Of a DNA stretch of 64,000 nucleotides, positions 20,555 to 34,254 are shown in pieces. The notes beneath the pieces were generated by a model. It did no database searches and had not been told where the DNA came from. It worked only from the letters and a program-made list of their open reading frames with translations. Position 1 is the stretch's first letter. Every line of letters starts with the position of its first letter. Origin of the DNA: Candidatus Latescibacterota bacterium. GTDB taxonomy: Bacteria; Latescibacterota; UBA2968; UBA8231. The stretch covers positions 1,376,001 through 1,440,000 of the forward strand of contig CBDAOB010000005.1 of assembly GCA_965197905.1 (NCBI GenBank), read 5' to 3'. Both the position numbers and the translations under genes were made by a program.

Positions 20555-20630
20555 TGGAGCCACCCGCCAGAGTCGAACTGGCGACCTACTCATTACGAGT
20601 GAGTTGCTCTACCAACTGAGCTAGGGTGGC
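20555..20630 (-). tRNA. tRNA-Thr(CGT)
   Basis: GCCACCC...ACTCA CTCGTAA TGAGT...GCCAG TTCGACT CTGGC GGGTGGC TCCA, 76 nt. Confidence 0.97.
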
Positions 20631-20667
20631 TTATGTTGTTGCAGCCCAGCGAGTTCCACAGTGCGAC

Positions 20668-20696
20668 AAGATAGCGGGCGCTGGGCACCGTGTCAA
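20668..20696 (-). promoter_or_regulatory. Sigma-70 promoter of tRNA-Thr
   Basis: TTGACA-17 nt-TATCTT on the minus strand. Confidence 0.75.
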
Positions 20697-20703
20697 GCCT
20701 ACC

Positions 20704-21918
20704 CTATGGGAAACTGAACAGTTTCGTCAGTTTCTCGAGGATTCGCGAGCCTGCCGGCCCCCGCGACAACAGGTGTCCCTCACGGGCGCGTTCGTCCGCG
20801 GCAAAACGTAGCAGGCCGGTCGCCGTGGCGTAACTGGGATCCTGCATCGACTCGGCGGCAATGATCTTTTGTGGTGCGCCAATGCGCACCGGTAGTCCAA
20901 GCACCTCCTCGCCCAAATCGGCTACGTTGCCCAGCAAGGCGCCTCCACCCGTGAAGATGAAACCCGCCGCCAACATCTGGCTCGAAGGCTGGTCCTCGAC
21001 TTCCGCTTTGACGAATTCGAATATCTCGTGTTGCCGGGCTTCGATGATTTCGCTGAGCTGATGCATCGTCAAGGTATGAACCTTGCCTGCGGTGGTTCGA
21101 AATGAGATCGTTTCGTCGTCTTCGTCTTCGCGATAACACACCGAACCGTACTGACGTTTGAGCTGCTCGGCTTCTCTGGGAGACATGTTTAGTACCACCG
21201 ACAGATCCTTGGTGATATCGTCCCCGCCAAACGGAATCTCCTTCACGTGCCGCAAGGGACCGTTGAATATCGCCAGGTCGGTGGTGCCGGCGCCCATGTC
21301 GAGAATGCCGACCCCCATCTCGCGTTCGTCCAGGGTCAGCACAGAAGAGGAGGCGGCCACGGTTTCGAGGATGTAATCGACAATCTCGATCCCCGCCTCT
21401 TCGGTAGCACGCTGCAATGTTGTGCATGCATGACTCGACGCGGTGATGCTCAAGGTTTCCAACTCCAGGCGATTGCCGTGAAGCCACAGTGGATTCTGCA
21501 CGTGCTCGCCGTCGACAGCGTAACTCTGGACAAAGCGGTGAAGTACGGTAACTGCGCCCGGAGGATCAACCTGCTCGGCGGCAACAAGGGCTCGGTCTAC
21601 GTCGTTCTCGTCGATCGGTTTCGAAGTCCCCGAAATCGCCACCGTACTACGACTGCTGCGGGTCGATATGTCCTCGCCTGCCATACCGAGGTAGGCCCCG
21701 GTGATTTTCAATCCGGCAGATCTCTCCGTATCTCGTATGGCAGCCCGAATCGAATCGACAATGCGGGGCATATCGATCACGACGCTTCTTCGAAGTCCCA
21801 GACTCGGGCGACTGCCCACGCCCAGTACCTTGATTCTGTCCTCATCCTGAAGCTCGCCCACCAGGCAAACGACCTTAGAGGCACCGATATCCAATACAAC
21901 GATGGGTGAACCAGCCAT
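20704..21918 (-). CDS. ftsA: Cell division protein FtsA
   Basis: VLDIGASKV, LDMGAGTTD, GGDDITKDL, EAEQLK, EIIEAR, TGGGALL, YATATGL. Confidence 0.93.
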   Translation of the reverse strand: MAGSPIVVLDIGASKVVCLVGELQDEDRIKVLGVGSRPSLGLRRSVVIDMPRIVDSIRAAIRDTERSAGLKITGAYLGMAGEDISTRSSRSTVAISGTSKPIDENDVDRALVAAEQVDPPGAVTVLHRFVQSYAVDGEHVQNPLWLHGNRLELETLSITASSHACTTLQRATEEAGIEIVDYILETVAASSSVLTLDEREMGVGILDMGAGTTDLAIFNGPLRHVKEIPFGGDDITKDLSVVLNMSPREAEQLKRQYGSVCYREDEDDETISFRTTAGKVHTLTMHQLSEIIEARQHEIFEFVKAEVEDQPSSQMLAAGFIFTGGGALLGNVADLGEEVLGLPVRIGAPQKIIAAESMQDPSYATATGLLRFAADERAREGHLLSRGPAGSRILEKLTKLFSFP

Positions 21919-22157
21919 AGCTGAAAACATTCCGCTGTTAGGGTGTTTCGGATTCCTGTCGCGATCGCCATTCGTAAAGGCAGCAGTCGCGATGGGAGGG
22001 GAGATCTTGCAGCTAAGGTGGGGGAGGTAAAGCGGTGAAAACCGGGGGTCTGCGGCGCCCCGACCAACCACGGTGTCGCGACCTGCCAGGGGCCGTCAAA
22101 AAGCGATAGGCAAGTGGGAGAACTTGGCCTAAATAAAGAAGTTACATAACCTCACTT

Positions 22158-22186
22158 AGGATAACGCGGCCTCTTCAGAATGTCAA
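22158..22186 (-). promoter_or_regulatory. Sigma-70 promoter upstream of ftsA
   Basis: TTGACA-17 nt-TATCCT on the minus strand. Confidence 0.65.
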
Positions 22187-22217
22187 GAACTATTCGGTTT
22201 TTCGAGGGGTCGACGGC

Positions 22218-22613
22218 TTAATTGAGTTCGTGAAGGGTTTGCAGCCGCTTCACTGTTTCCAGCAGCTGGACAAGGTCGACCGGCTTCTGGAAAAAGTCGC
22301 AAGCCCCCTTCTGCAGCAGGTCTTTGGCCAGTTCCTCAGATGCATATCCGGAAACCACAACCACCAGGATCCGGTCGTCGATTTCGCTGATCAGACGGAG
22401 GGTTTCCGTGCCATCCATTTGGGGCATCGAGATGTCTAGGAACACGGCGTTGGGACGAAACTCCTTGATCTTGAACAGGGCGTCCTGCCCGTTGTGCGCC
22501 GTGTAGACCTCGAAGCCAAGTTCATCGAAGAATTCCTGGATGGTGGAAAGGAACTCAAGCTCGTCATCGACGAACAGAAGCTTGAAGGATTCGGATTGCG
22601 TGGGTTCGGTCAT
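22218..22613 (-). CDS. Single-domain response regulator (receiver)
   Basis: FVDDE, LDISMPQMDG, VSG, FQKP. Confidence 0.92.
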   Translation of the reverse strand: MTEPTQSESFKLLFVDDELEFLSTIQEFFDELGFEVYTAHNGQDALFKIKEFRPNAVFLDISMPQMDGTETLRLISEIDDRILVVVVSGYASEELAKDLLQKGACDFFQKPVDLVQLLETVKRLQTLHELN

Positions 22614-22664
22614 GCTGGGACACCCTCCGTTGCAACCTGGTGACGAACCAGAAGCACTTCCGTC

Positions 22665-23792
22665 TCAGTCGTCGAAATAATAGGTGAGGCTGAGCTCCGA
22701 GAAAATGTCTCCGCCGCGGCGGCTTCCACCGATGAAGTGAGGTCCGTCGCGGAGAAAATTACGCTCGATCAAACCGTCGAGCATGACCGATCCGAACTTA
22801 AACCCCAAACCGAAGTCGGTGCGGAATGAAGCCTCGAAGTCCTCGTTCTTCGAGGCTGGTTGGGCTTTCGATTTCTCGCGGATCGACCTGTTTGCATGTC
22901 GCGCGCCAACGCGGAATAACAACGAGCCGACTTGCATTTCGCCGCCAAACAGGACGATCGGCAATACGAGCTCGGTCTGTTCACGATCAGGATTTATCGG
23001 ATGCAGCCGTTCAGCCGAAAGATACTGCGCGCCGACGCCGGCGACGATCTTCACCTTCCGCGCCGGTGACAGGTTCAAGCCGAGCACAACGTCGAGGTTG
23101 ACGAATTCGCTTTCAGCGGGCTCCAGGTCGTAGGCAGAGACGCGAATCCCAGCCGCCGGCAAGAAGGTCGCATGGGGGGCAAGCGGAATGTGGCCTCGCA
23201 CTTCGACCGAATAGCCGTTGCCGTCGGTGTTACCCAGCGGCGCTGCGCCTGCGGTCCGGTCCTTCAGGTCCTGTCGCGACATGCCGACGGTCGCTTGCAG
23301 GTGGGAGCGCTTGGTGTGTCCGGCTTGAATGCCAACGTGCACATTCCAGTGAGTAGCAGACGCCAGGTTTTGGCCGCGGCGCTGTTCGTCGAAGGAATAG
23401 GTTGTGGCGAATGCCACCCGCAGTCGGTCGCTAAGCTGCACAGCATAGATGACGTCGGCTAAAGGGTTGAGCTCGAGCTCTCCAAACAGGGCGCTCCCGC
23501 GGTCTTCAAGTCGCTCGTTGAAGGTGTCCAATTCGGGAGACGTGCGGTTGAGGAACAGACCGATCGCGTGACGGGATCCCAGATTGTAGATGCCGCTGCC
23601 CCAGTCTTCAAAGACTTCGACGGCGAAATGGGGAAAGTCACGGGCTGTCGCAGGGTAGAGACGGATGGCGCTGGTGCCGGTCAACAACCGGCGTTCCCCC
23701 CCAAGGGCTCGCAAGCGGTTCTCGGACCCGAAAGCGTATACCGGTGCAACCACCAGCGCAGCCAGCACCCAGATTCTACAGTAGCTTTTCAT
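22665..23792 (-). CDS. Putative outer-membrane beta-barrel protein
   Basis: Signal peptide, alternating amphipathic strands, C-terminus LSLTYYF. Confidence 0.7.
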   Translation of the reverse strand: MKSYCRIWVLAALVVAPVYAFGSENRLRALGGERRLLTGTSAIRLYPATARDFPHFAVEVFEDWGSGIYNLGSRHAIGLFLNRTSPELDTFNERLEDRGSALFGELELNPLADVIYAVQLSDRLRVAFATTYSFDEQRRGQNLASATHWNVHVGIQAGHTKRSHLQATVGMSRQDLKDRTAGAAPLGNTDGNGYSVEVRGHIPLAPHATFLPAAGIRVSAYDLEPAESEFVNLDVVLGLNLSPARKVKIVAGVGAQYLSAERLHPINPDREQTELVLPIVLFGGEMQVGSLLFRVGARHANRSIREKSKAQPASKNEDFEASFRTDFGLGFKFGSVMLDGLIERNFLRDGPHFIGGSRRGGDIFSELSLTYYFDD

Positions 23793-23834
23793 TGCAACAC
23801 GGTGATGCGGGTGATAAAAAGGGAGGCGATACGG

Positions 23835-25684
23835 TCAGCGGAGAGATCCGGTATCGAGCGGTAGGTCCTGGAGATCCTCGTCTTCCTCGAAATCCATGGG
23901 CACTTCCTCGTCGTCTTCGACATCCTCTACCACGGGATGAATCTTCCACTCGGTCTCCAGCGCTTCCAAATCCTGGTCGAGGATCTGCTCGGTCATCTGG
24001 GGGCGGAAGCCGAGCTCCTCATTGACGCGATAGAGCCGGCCGTGCCAGTGGAACAGGGTGTTGTCTAGAACGAAGACGACGCGCTCCTTGCCGAGCTCGT
24101 TGTTGATCAAAGCGCGAAGGTCAGCCAGTGGCTCGCCGGAGGCGCCGAGATCCTCATCGTGGGGGTCTTCCTGCGGTCCGATGAGCGTCGAAGTCTTTTC
24201 GGCCCGGTGGTCGAAGGCCAGATTCTCGGGAATGAACTCCTCCAGGTATGGTCGGGTAAAGGTATCGTAGGGTAAAACAGGTTCGTCGTCACCCGATAGA
24301 TCCAATCGCCCTCCCGTTCATCTCGAATGCGTAGATGGCTGCCGATCTTGATCAGGATTCTACCCGTCGGCTGGAGGTGTTTGCGCATGGCTTGGATGTC
24401 GAGGTGGGTGATCTCCATTGCATTCCCCGCCGACTTGCCTCCCATCTCCACACTGAAGGTTCCCTTGCGAAAGCTGTTGAGGATAATGACGCCGCCGGTT
24501 GCCAGATACGAGCGGAACTTGCCCGTCTGGGCGTAGGGCATGTCGATGAGGAACTTGTAGAACAGGTTGCGATCCAGGAGCAAGGACTGCTTGCGGATGT
24601 TGGTTGTGCCGGCCTGCCGAAACACGTCGCGCAGATAGTTGATCTCGTCCTGGGTGATTACCTCTCCGGGGCCGCCAATCTCGTTTCCCTTGATCAGCGA
24701 AACCAGCAGCATGCTCGGCTCGTTGATCTGGGACTGCTTGGACCAGACGATAAGCTGCTGCTCCGATGCCTTGAGTCCCTCGCGCCAGACGAAATAAACC
24801 TTGCCGTGAGGACTGAAGAGGAAGGTGCCGCGTTCGATCTCGACGTCATCGCCGGCCTGAGCTGCGCGTTGAATGAGGGTATCGATCGGCAACCGATTGT
24901 AAGAAGTACGCAGTTGAAAGAGCTCTTCCAGATCGTTCACCGGACCTTTGATCGGAAGGTTGATGTCGTCGAGCATCAGTCCGGTCAACGCACCGTTGCG
25001 ACTTATTACCAGCGTGCCCTTTTCAATCAAGCCCGTACTCTGTCCGGACTCGTCGAAAAAGACATCTTCCTTCACAACGGCGAAGCTCGCCGGAATATCA
25101 ACCAGATTTTGCAGGTACCGCTCTGCTATCTGTTCGGTCACCATGAGAAACTGGTGGTTCTGTGAAAGCTCCTTGCGCAGCGGCAGCTGCAGCGGCTCGA
25201 GCAGATAGCCGTTCGGATGCCCTCCCGGGCTGAGAAACAAGGTGCCCTTACGGAGTTTGATGGTGAAGCGCTTGCCCTGGTGGAGAGCCTCGTCGCGCAG
25301 AATCTGGGTCCCCATGGGCATAAAGATTGCCTCTTCCTCAGAGAGCTTGCGCGCGCAAATTGATCGCAACTTCTGGATTCCAACCTTCTCCAGATCCGCG
25401 AGCAAAAGGCACTTAACCCCATGTTGCTGGCTGACCAAGACGCGTCCGGAAGGCAGCTCGTTTGGAATCGGTCGGGCGCGGCCTGGCAGCGGGTTTATCA
25501 GGGGGTCGAGGTCAATCGTCGCAACTACAAACGGACTCAAGAGGTCGCGCCGCTGCAGCTTGGCAGCGTTGTCGGCCTTTGCCCTTGCCTTTGCAGAGCG
25601 GCCCGCTTTGGAGCCGGGCGATTTTCCGCTGACGACGATCCCCTTCAGGGAATCCATCAGGGTTTTCTTGCCGCGCTTGGCCAC
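23835..25684 (-). CDS. Hypothetical repeat-containing protein (~616 aa), frameshifted near 24270
   Basis: Adding one C in ...ttttaccctacg joins NLFYP to YDTFTRPYLEEF; acidic C-terminal tail. Confidence 0.7.
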
Positions 25685-25919
25685 CGCCTACGATCCGTTC
25701 ATTTAGGTGGAAGTGTCGGTGTAGAAACGAAATAGCTAACTAGTGAAATGTATACAAGAGGCTCCAAATATTCAACATTTATGTCATCGGCATAGGTTGT
25801 GTGTCCTGGCCGCATGCGAATCTTGACCTCGGGAATGGGCAGTGGTTAAGATATAATCCTCCCGGTCCGAGGCCCGGGCACGTTCTCAGAGCGAAAGATT
25901 TGACGAAAGGGATGCGATC

Positions 25920-26354
25920 ATGTCTCGCGGTGGTGTCAACAAGGTAATTTTGATCGGGAATCTTGGTGCTGATCCCGAATTGAAATATACACCGAGTGGT
26001 GTGCCGGTGGTTAACTTCAGCCTGGCAACATCCGAATCGTGGACCGACAAGGGTGGGGAACGCCAGGAGCGCACGGAGTGGCACCGGATAGTGCTCTGGC
26101 GCAAATTGGCGGAAATCGCCGGCCAATATCTACGAAAGGGAAGCAAGATCTACGTCGAGGGGAAGCTGCAGACGCGATCCTGGGACGACCAGAGCGGGCA
26201 AAAGCGGTACACCACCGAGGTCGTGGTCAACGATATGCAGATGCTCGATCAGCGCGGCGAAACCTCAGGCGGCGGTGGTGAAGGAGTGCCACCGACGCCC
26301 CCTGAGCCGCCGGCGGGCAACGACATGGGTGGAGACGACGACCTGCCATTCTAA
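25920..26354 (+). CDS. ssb: Single-stranded DNA-binding protein
   Basis: [32 protein letters not shown]-terminal DDDLPF. Confidence 0.98.
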   Translation: MSRGGVNKVILIGNLGADPELKYTPSGVPVVNFSLATSESWTDKGGERQERTEWHRIVLWRKLAEIAGQYLRKGSKIYVEGKLQTRSWDDQSGQKRYTTEVVVNDMQMLDQRGETSGGGGEGVPPTPPEPPAGNDMGGDDDLPF

Positions 26355-26381
26355 CCGATTGACGTCTCATCGGGCGGTTGT

Positions 26382-30838
<4,457 letters not shown>

Positions 30839-30847
30839 TCATTCCCC

Positions 30848-31975
30848 GTGACCACGTTTCAGATCGTCTTGCTGGCCACGGCCGCCTTTTACCTGGGGGC
30901 CGTTTTGTGGTTGAGACGCGGGCTTTCCCGAACGACCGCCGGCAGCGCGCCGGAGACGCCAGCCGTTAGCATTCTGGTGGCGGCGCGCAACGAGGAAACA
31001 CATATCCAGGCATGCCTGGACGCCCTGCGGCGGCAGGAGTACGCAGGCGAGCTGGAAGTGATTGTTGTCAATGATCGGTCCCAAGACCGAACCGCGGCGT
31101 TGATTTCCGCAGCGGCCCGGAATTGGCCCCAGCTCCAGCTGGTGGAAGCCCCCTCAGAGCCGCGGTTTAGCTGCCCGAAGAAAAGCGCCTTGGCTGCGGG
31201 CATAGAGCGGAGTTCCGGGGACCTGCTGCTTTTCACCGATGCCGATTGTCAGCCGCCCCCTGGCTGGGTCCGTAGTACGGTGGCCCAGTTCGAGCCGGTG
31301 GTCGGATTGGTAGCCGGCTACGCCTACTTCCCGCGACCGCACCTGCTAAGGCACAAGCTCTTGGCGCTCGACAACCTTGCAGTAGGCGCGTTGGGCGCCG
31401 GAAGCCTGGGGATGGGTGCGGCGCTGTCGGCAACCGGCCGCAATCTGGCTTACCGCCGCGAGGTGTATGACGAACTCGGCGGCTTCGCGAAGATCGGACA
31501 TCTGACAGGGGGAGATGATGTCTACTTCGCCAGACTGGTTGGCCACTGGACCGAGTGGCAGATGCGATTCAACCGCTCCGGGGAGGCCGCCATTCCGAAT
31601 GCGTTGCCCTCCCGCAGATGGAGTGAAATTCTTCAGCAGAAGCTACGGCATGCGGGCAAGGCCGGGCACTACCGGGGTGGGGCCAGGGTGTTGGGATCGG
31701 TGATCTACCTGTTTCACGTCTGTCTCGCCATCGGCATGATACAGTGGGCGTTCTATGGTGATGCAACCGCCGCGGTGGTCTGGTGTTGCCGAACCTCGGC
31801 CCATTTCGCCCTACTTTGGCGGTTTGCGGAACGAGCCGAACGTCGCCTCCTGTTTCACCTGCCGTTGTTGGAATTGTTGTACATTCCATACATTCTAATC
31901 TTCACCCTGCTCGGTTGGGCGGGGCGGTACAGCTGGAAACCACCCGCCGAACTTCAACAGCTTGCAGAGGTTTAA
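30848..31975 (+). CDS. Glycosyltransferase family 2 (membrane-anchored)
   Basis: VAARNEE, VNDRSQD, KKSAL, FTDADC, GGDD, QKLRH. Confidence 0.92.
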   Translation: MTTFQIVLLATAAFYLGAVLWLRRGLSRTTAGSAPETPAVSILVAARNEETHIQACLDALRRQEYAGELEVIVVNDRSQDRTAALISAAARNWPQLQLVEAPSEPRFSCPKKSALAAGIERSSGDLLLFTDADCQPPPGWVRSTVAQFEPVVGLVAGYAYFPRPHLLRHKLLALDNLAVGALGAGSLGMGAALSATGRNLAYRREVYDELGGFAKIGHLTGGDDVYFARLVGHWTEWQMRFNRSGEAAIPNALPSRRWSEILQQKLRHAGKAGHYRGGARVLGSVIYLFHVCLAIGMIQWAFYGDATAAVVWCCRTSAHFALLWRFAERAERRLLFHLPLLELLYIPYILIFTLLGWAGRYSWKPPAELQQLAEV

Positions 31976-33045
31976 TGGCCTTTCTCTTTTCGCCCTCTTC
32001 GGTCCGCGGTTATCTGCGCCAATACGGTTACGCCTTTTCCTGGAAACGAGCCTGGAATTTCTCCAAGGTCATGGCCTCCATGGGGTTGTCCTGGGCGACG
32101 CGCAATCCGGTTGTTTGGGGCAAGCCGTTCGTCTTGATGGTAGAGCCGACCAACTACTGCAATCTCAAGTGCCCCCTTTGCCCCTCGGGAAACGGCGACA
32201 TGACCCGCACCAGGGGCAAGATGAACCTGGATGATTTCAAATCGTTGATCGATCGCGTCGGCGGGGATCTAGTGCTGCTCATGTTGTGGAATCAGGGCGA
32301 GCCGTTTCTCAATCGATGTTTCACGCAAATGGTGGAATACGCTCATGCAAAACACATTCCCACGTTGACCAGCACCAACGGCCACTTCGTACGCACTGCG
32401 GAGCAGGCGAGGGATGTGGTAGAATCGGGACTCGATGAGATTATCGTGTCCCTGGATGGTGTCGATCAGGAAACCTATCAGCAGTATCGGGTAGGGGGCG
32501 AGATCGAGAAGGTGTTCGATTGCGTGCGTTTGCTGTCGCGGGAAAAAGACAGGCTCGGAAGGCGTACTCCGCTGATCAACCTGCAGTTCATCGTCTTCAA
32601 ACACAACGAAGGCGACCTGGAGGAGGCCGAACGCATTGCCCGTGATCTGGGTGCCGACAAATTCCTGATCAAGACGGCGCAAGTCTACAGCGATGAGGAT
32701 GCATCGAGGTATCTTCCCGAGCAGGAGGAGTTCAATCGGTACGAGAACATCCCGCAAGAGGGACTGGCCGTGAAGGGACAGCCCAAGTGGGGATGCAAGG
32801 TCCTTTGGTACAGCTCGATGGTCAATTGGAACGGCAAGGTTGCCCCTTGTTGCTTCGACAAGAATGGATCGGTCGATCTCGGTCATGCCTTTGGCGACGG
32901 CTCTTTCCACAAGACCTGGCGCGGTCGTGCTTACATGGATTTTCGCCGCATGATTCTGCGCGATCGTACCAAGGTTCCCATGTGCAATAACTGCTCCGAG
33001 GGGTACACCGGTATGTTTTCCTTAGTCAAGGAAATGCGCGGCTGA
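31975..33045 (+). CDS. Radical SAM protein with SPASM/twitch domain
   Basis: CNLKCPLC, GEP, STNG, VSLDG, C-terminal C...PCC.D...C.NC; start overlaps upstream stop (TAATG). Confidence 0.92.
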   Translation: MAFLFSPSSVRGYLRQYGYAFSWKRAWNFSKVMASMGLSWATRNPVVWGKPFVLMVEPTNYCNLKCPLCPSGNGDMTRTRGKMNLDDFKSLIDRVGGDLVLLMLWNQGEPFLNRCFTQMVEYAHAKHIPTLTSTNGHFVRTAEQARDVVESGLDEIIVSLDGVDQETYQQYRVGGEIEKVFDCVRLLSREKDRLGRRTPLINLQFIVFKHNEGDLEEAERIARDLGADKFLIKTAQVYSDEDASRYLPEQEEFNRYENIPQEGLAVKGQPKWGCKVLWYSSMVNWNGKVAPCCFDKNGSVDLGHAFGDGSFHKTWRGRAYMDFRRMILRDRTKVPMCNNCSEGYTGMFSLVKEMRG

Positions 33046-33057
33046 TAAAGGCTCGCG

Positions 33058-34236
33058 ATGGAGCCGCACTTGGACCAGCTATCGGCGGCCGTACCGTATC
33101 TGCTCCCTGTTCTTGCCGCCATCTATGTCGCCGGTGTCTTGTGGTTTGCCAGCGGGATTGGCGGGCACATCTCCACCACAACCGAGGAGCCGTTCGTATC
33201 GGTTGTGATTACGGCGCGCGATGAAGCGGCCCGGCTTGAATCCTGTGTCGGCAAGCTTCTCAATCAGTCCTATCCCAGCTCCAAATTCGAGATCGTCCTT
33301 ATCGATGATGGGTCCACCGATGCAACCGGCCGCATCGGCACGAGCCTGTGCGCGCGGCATCGGCAGATCAAATTCTTGCGTGCCGACGGTGGCGGTTCGA
33401 AGAAACAAGCGCTCGAGGCCGGCATCCGCGCGAGCAACGGGAGCATCGTGCTGACGACAGACGCTCATTGTCTGGTGCCGGAATCGTGGGTGGCCGATCT
33501 GGTATCCTGTTTTGTAGAGGATGTGGGCATGGTGATCGGGTATAGCGAGACAGCGGGATCGGGATCGGATCTGGGATGGCTGCAGGGCTGGGAAGCGGTG
33601 GATTTTCTGTGCTTGATGGGGAGCGCTGCGGGAAGTGCCGGGCATGGAAGAGCGCTGGGGGCAAGCGGTCAGAGTCTCGCATTTCGCAAGAGCGCATTCG
33701 AGGAGATAGGAGGGTACGAACGCGTCAAACACCGGGTGTCCGGCGATGACGTGCTACTACTTCATTTGATTCGCCGCCACACCAAGTGGCGCGCAGTATT
33801 CAACCATGTGGCGGCTCCGGTGATACATCCGGCCGTATCGACGTGGAAGTCGTTCTTCAGCAAACGGGCACGGTGGGCATCAAACGCGCCGTATCAACTG
33901 ATGTTGAATCCCGCCTTTTTCATATACCTTCTCAACAGTTTCGCACTGAGTTGCGCCGTGGTCGCTTTGCCGCTGTTGGTAGGGATCGATGTTGTGAGCT
34001 GGCGCTGGGCAGTGGGGATCTTCCTGCTGAAGATTCTGGCCGAAACCGTGCTGTTTACGCGCGCGGCAGAGCAATTCAGGCGTCGAGATCTGCGCCGCTT
34101 CTTTCCGTGGTGGGCGTTGATTCTATCGGTTTACACGGTGTATGTCGGGATGTTAGGCGTTCTCGGCCGCTTCAGGTGGAAGGACACCGGATATGCCTGG
34201 GGCCGGAGCGAGCCAGCCAAGGTGCAGGACGCCTGA
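33058..34236 (+). CDS. Glycosyltransferase family 2 (membrane-anchored)
   Basis: TARDE, IDDGSTD, KKQAL, TTDAHC, SGDD, KRARW. Confidence 0.9.
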   Translation: MEPHLDQLSAAVPYLLPVLAAIYVAGVLWFASGIGGHISTTTEEPFVSVVITARDEAARLESCVGKLLNQSYPSSKFEIVLIDDGSTDATGRIGTSLCARHRQIKFLRADGGGSKKQALEAGIRASNGSIVLTTDAHCLVPESWVADLVSCFVEDVGMVIGYSETAGSGSDLGWLQGWEAVDFLCLMGSAAGSAGHGRALGASGQSLAFRKSAFEEIGGYERVKHRVSGDDVLLLHLIRRHTKWRAVFNHVAAPVIHPAVSTWKSFFSKRARWASNAPYQLMLNPAFFIYLLNSFALSCAVVALPLLVGIDVVSWRWAVGIFLLKILAETVLFTRAAEQFRRRDLRRFFPWWALILSVYTVYVGMLGVLGRFRWKDTGYAWGRSEPAKVQDA

Positions 34237-34254
34237 AGTCTGCGCTTTGGAGTC

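Noticed and set aside
30848..34236. Hopanoid hpn cluster
   Set aside because: No squalene-hopene cyclase or B12-binding radical SAM here; the resemblance is only at GT2 family level
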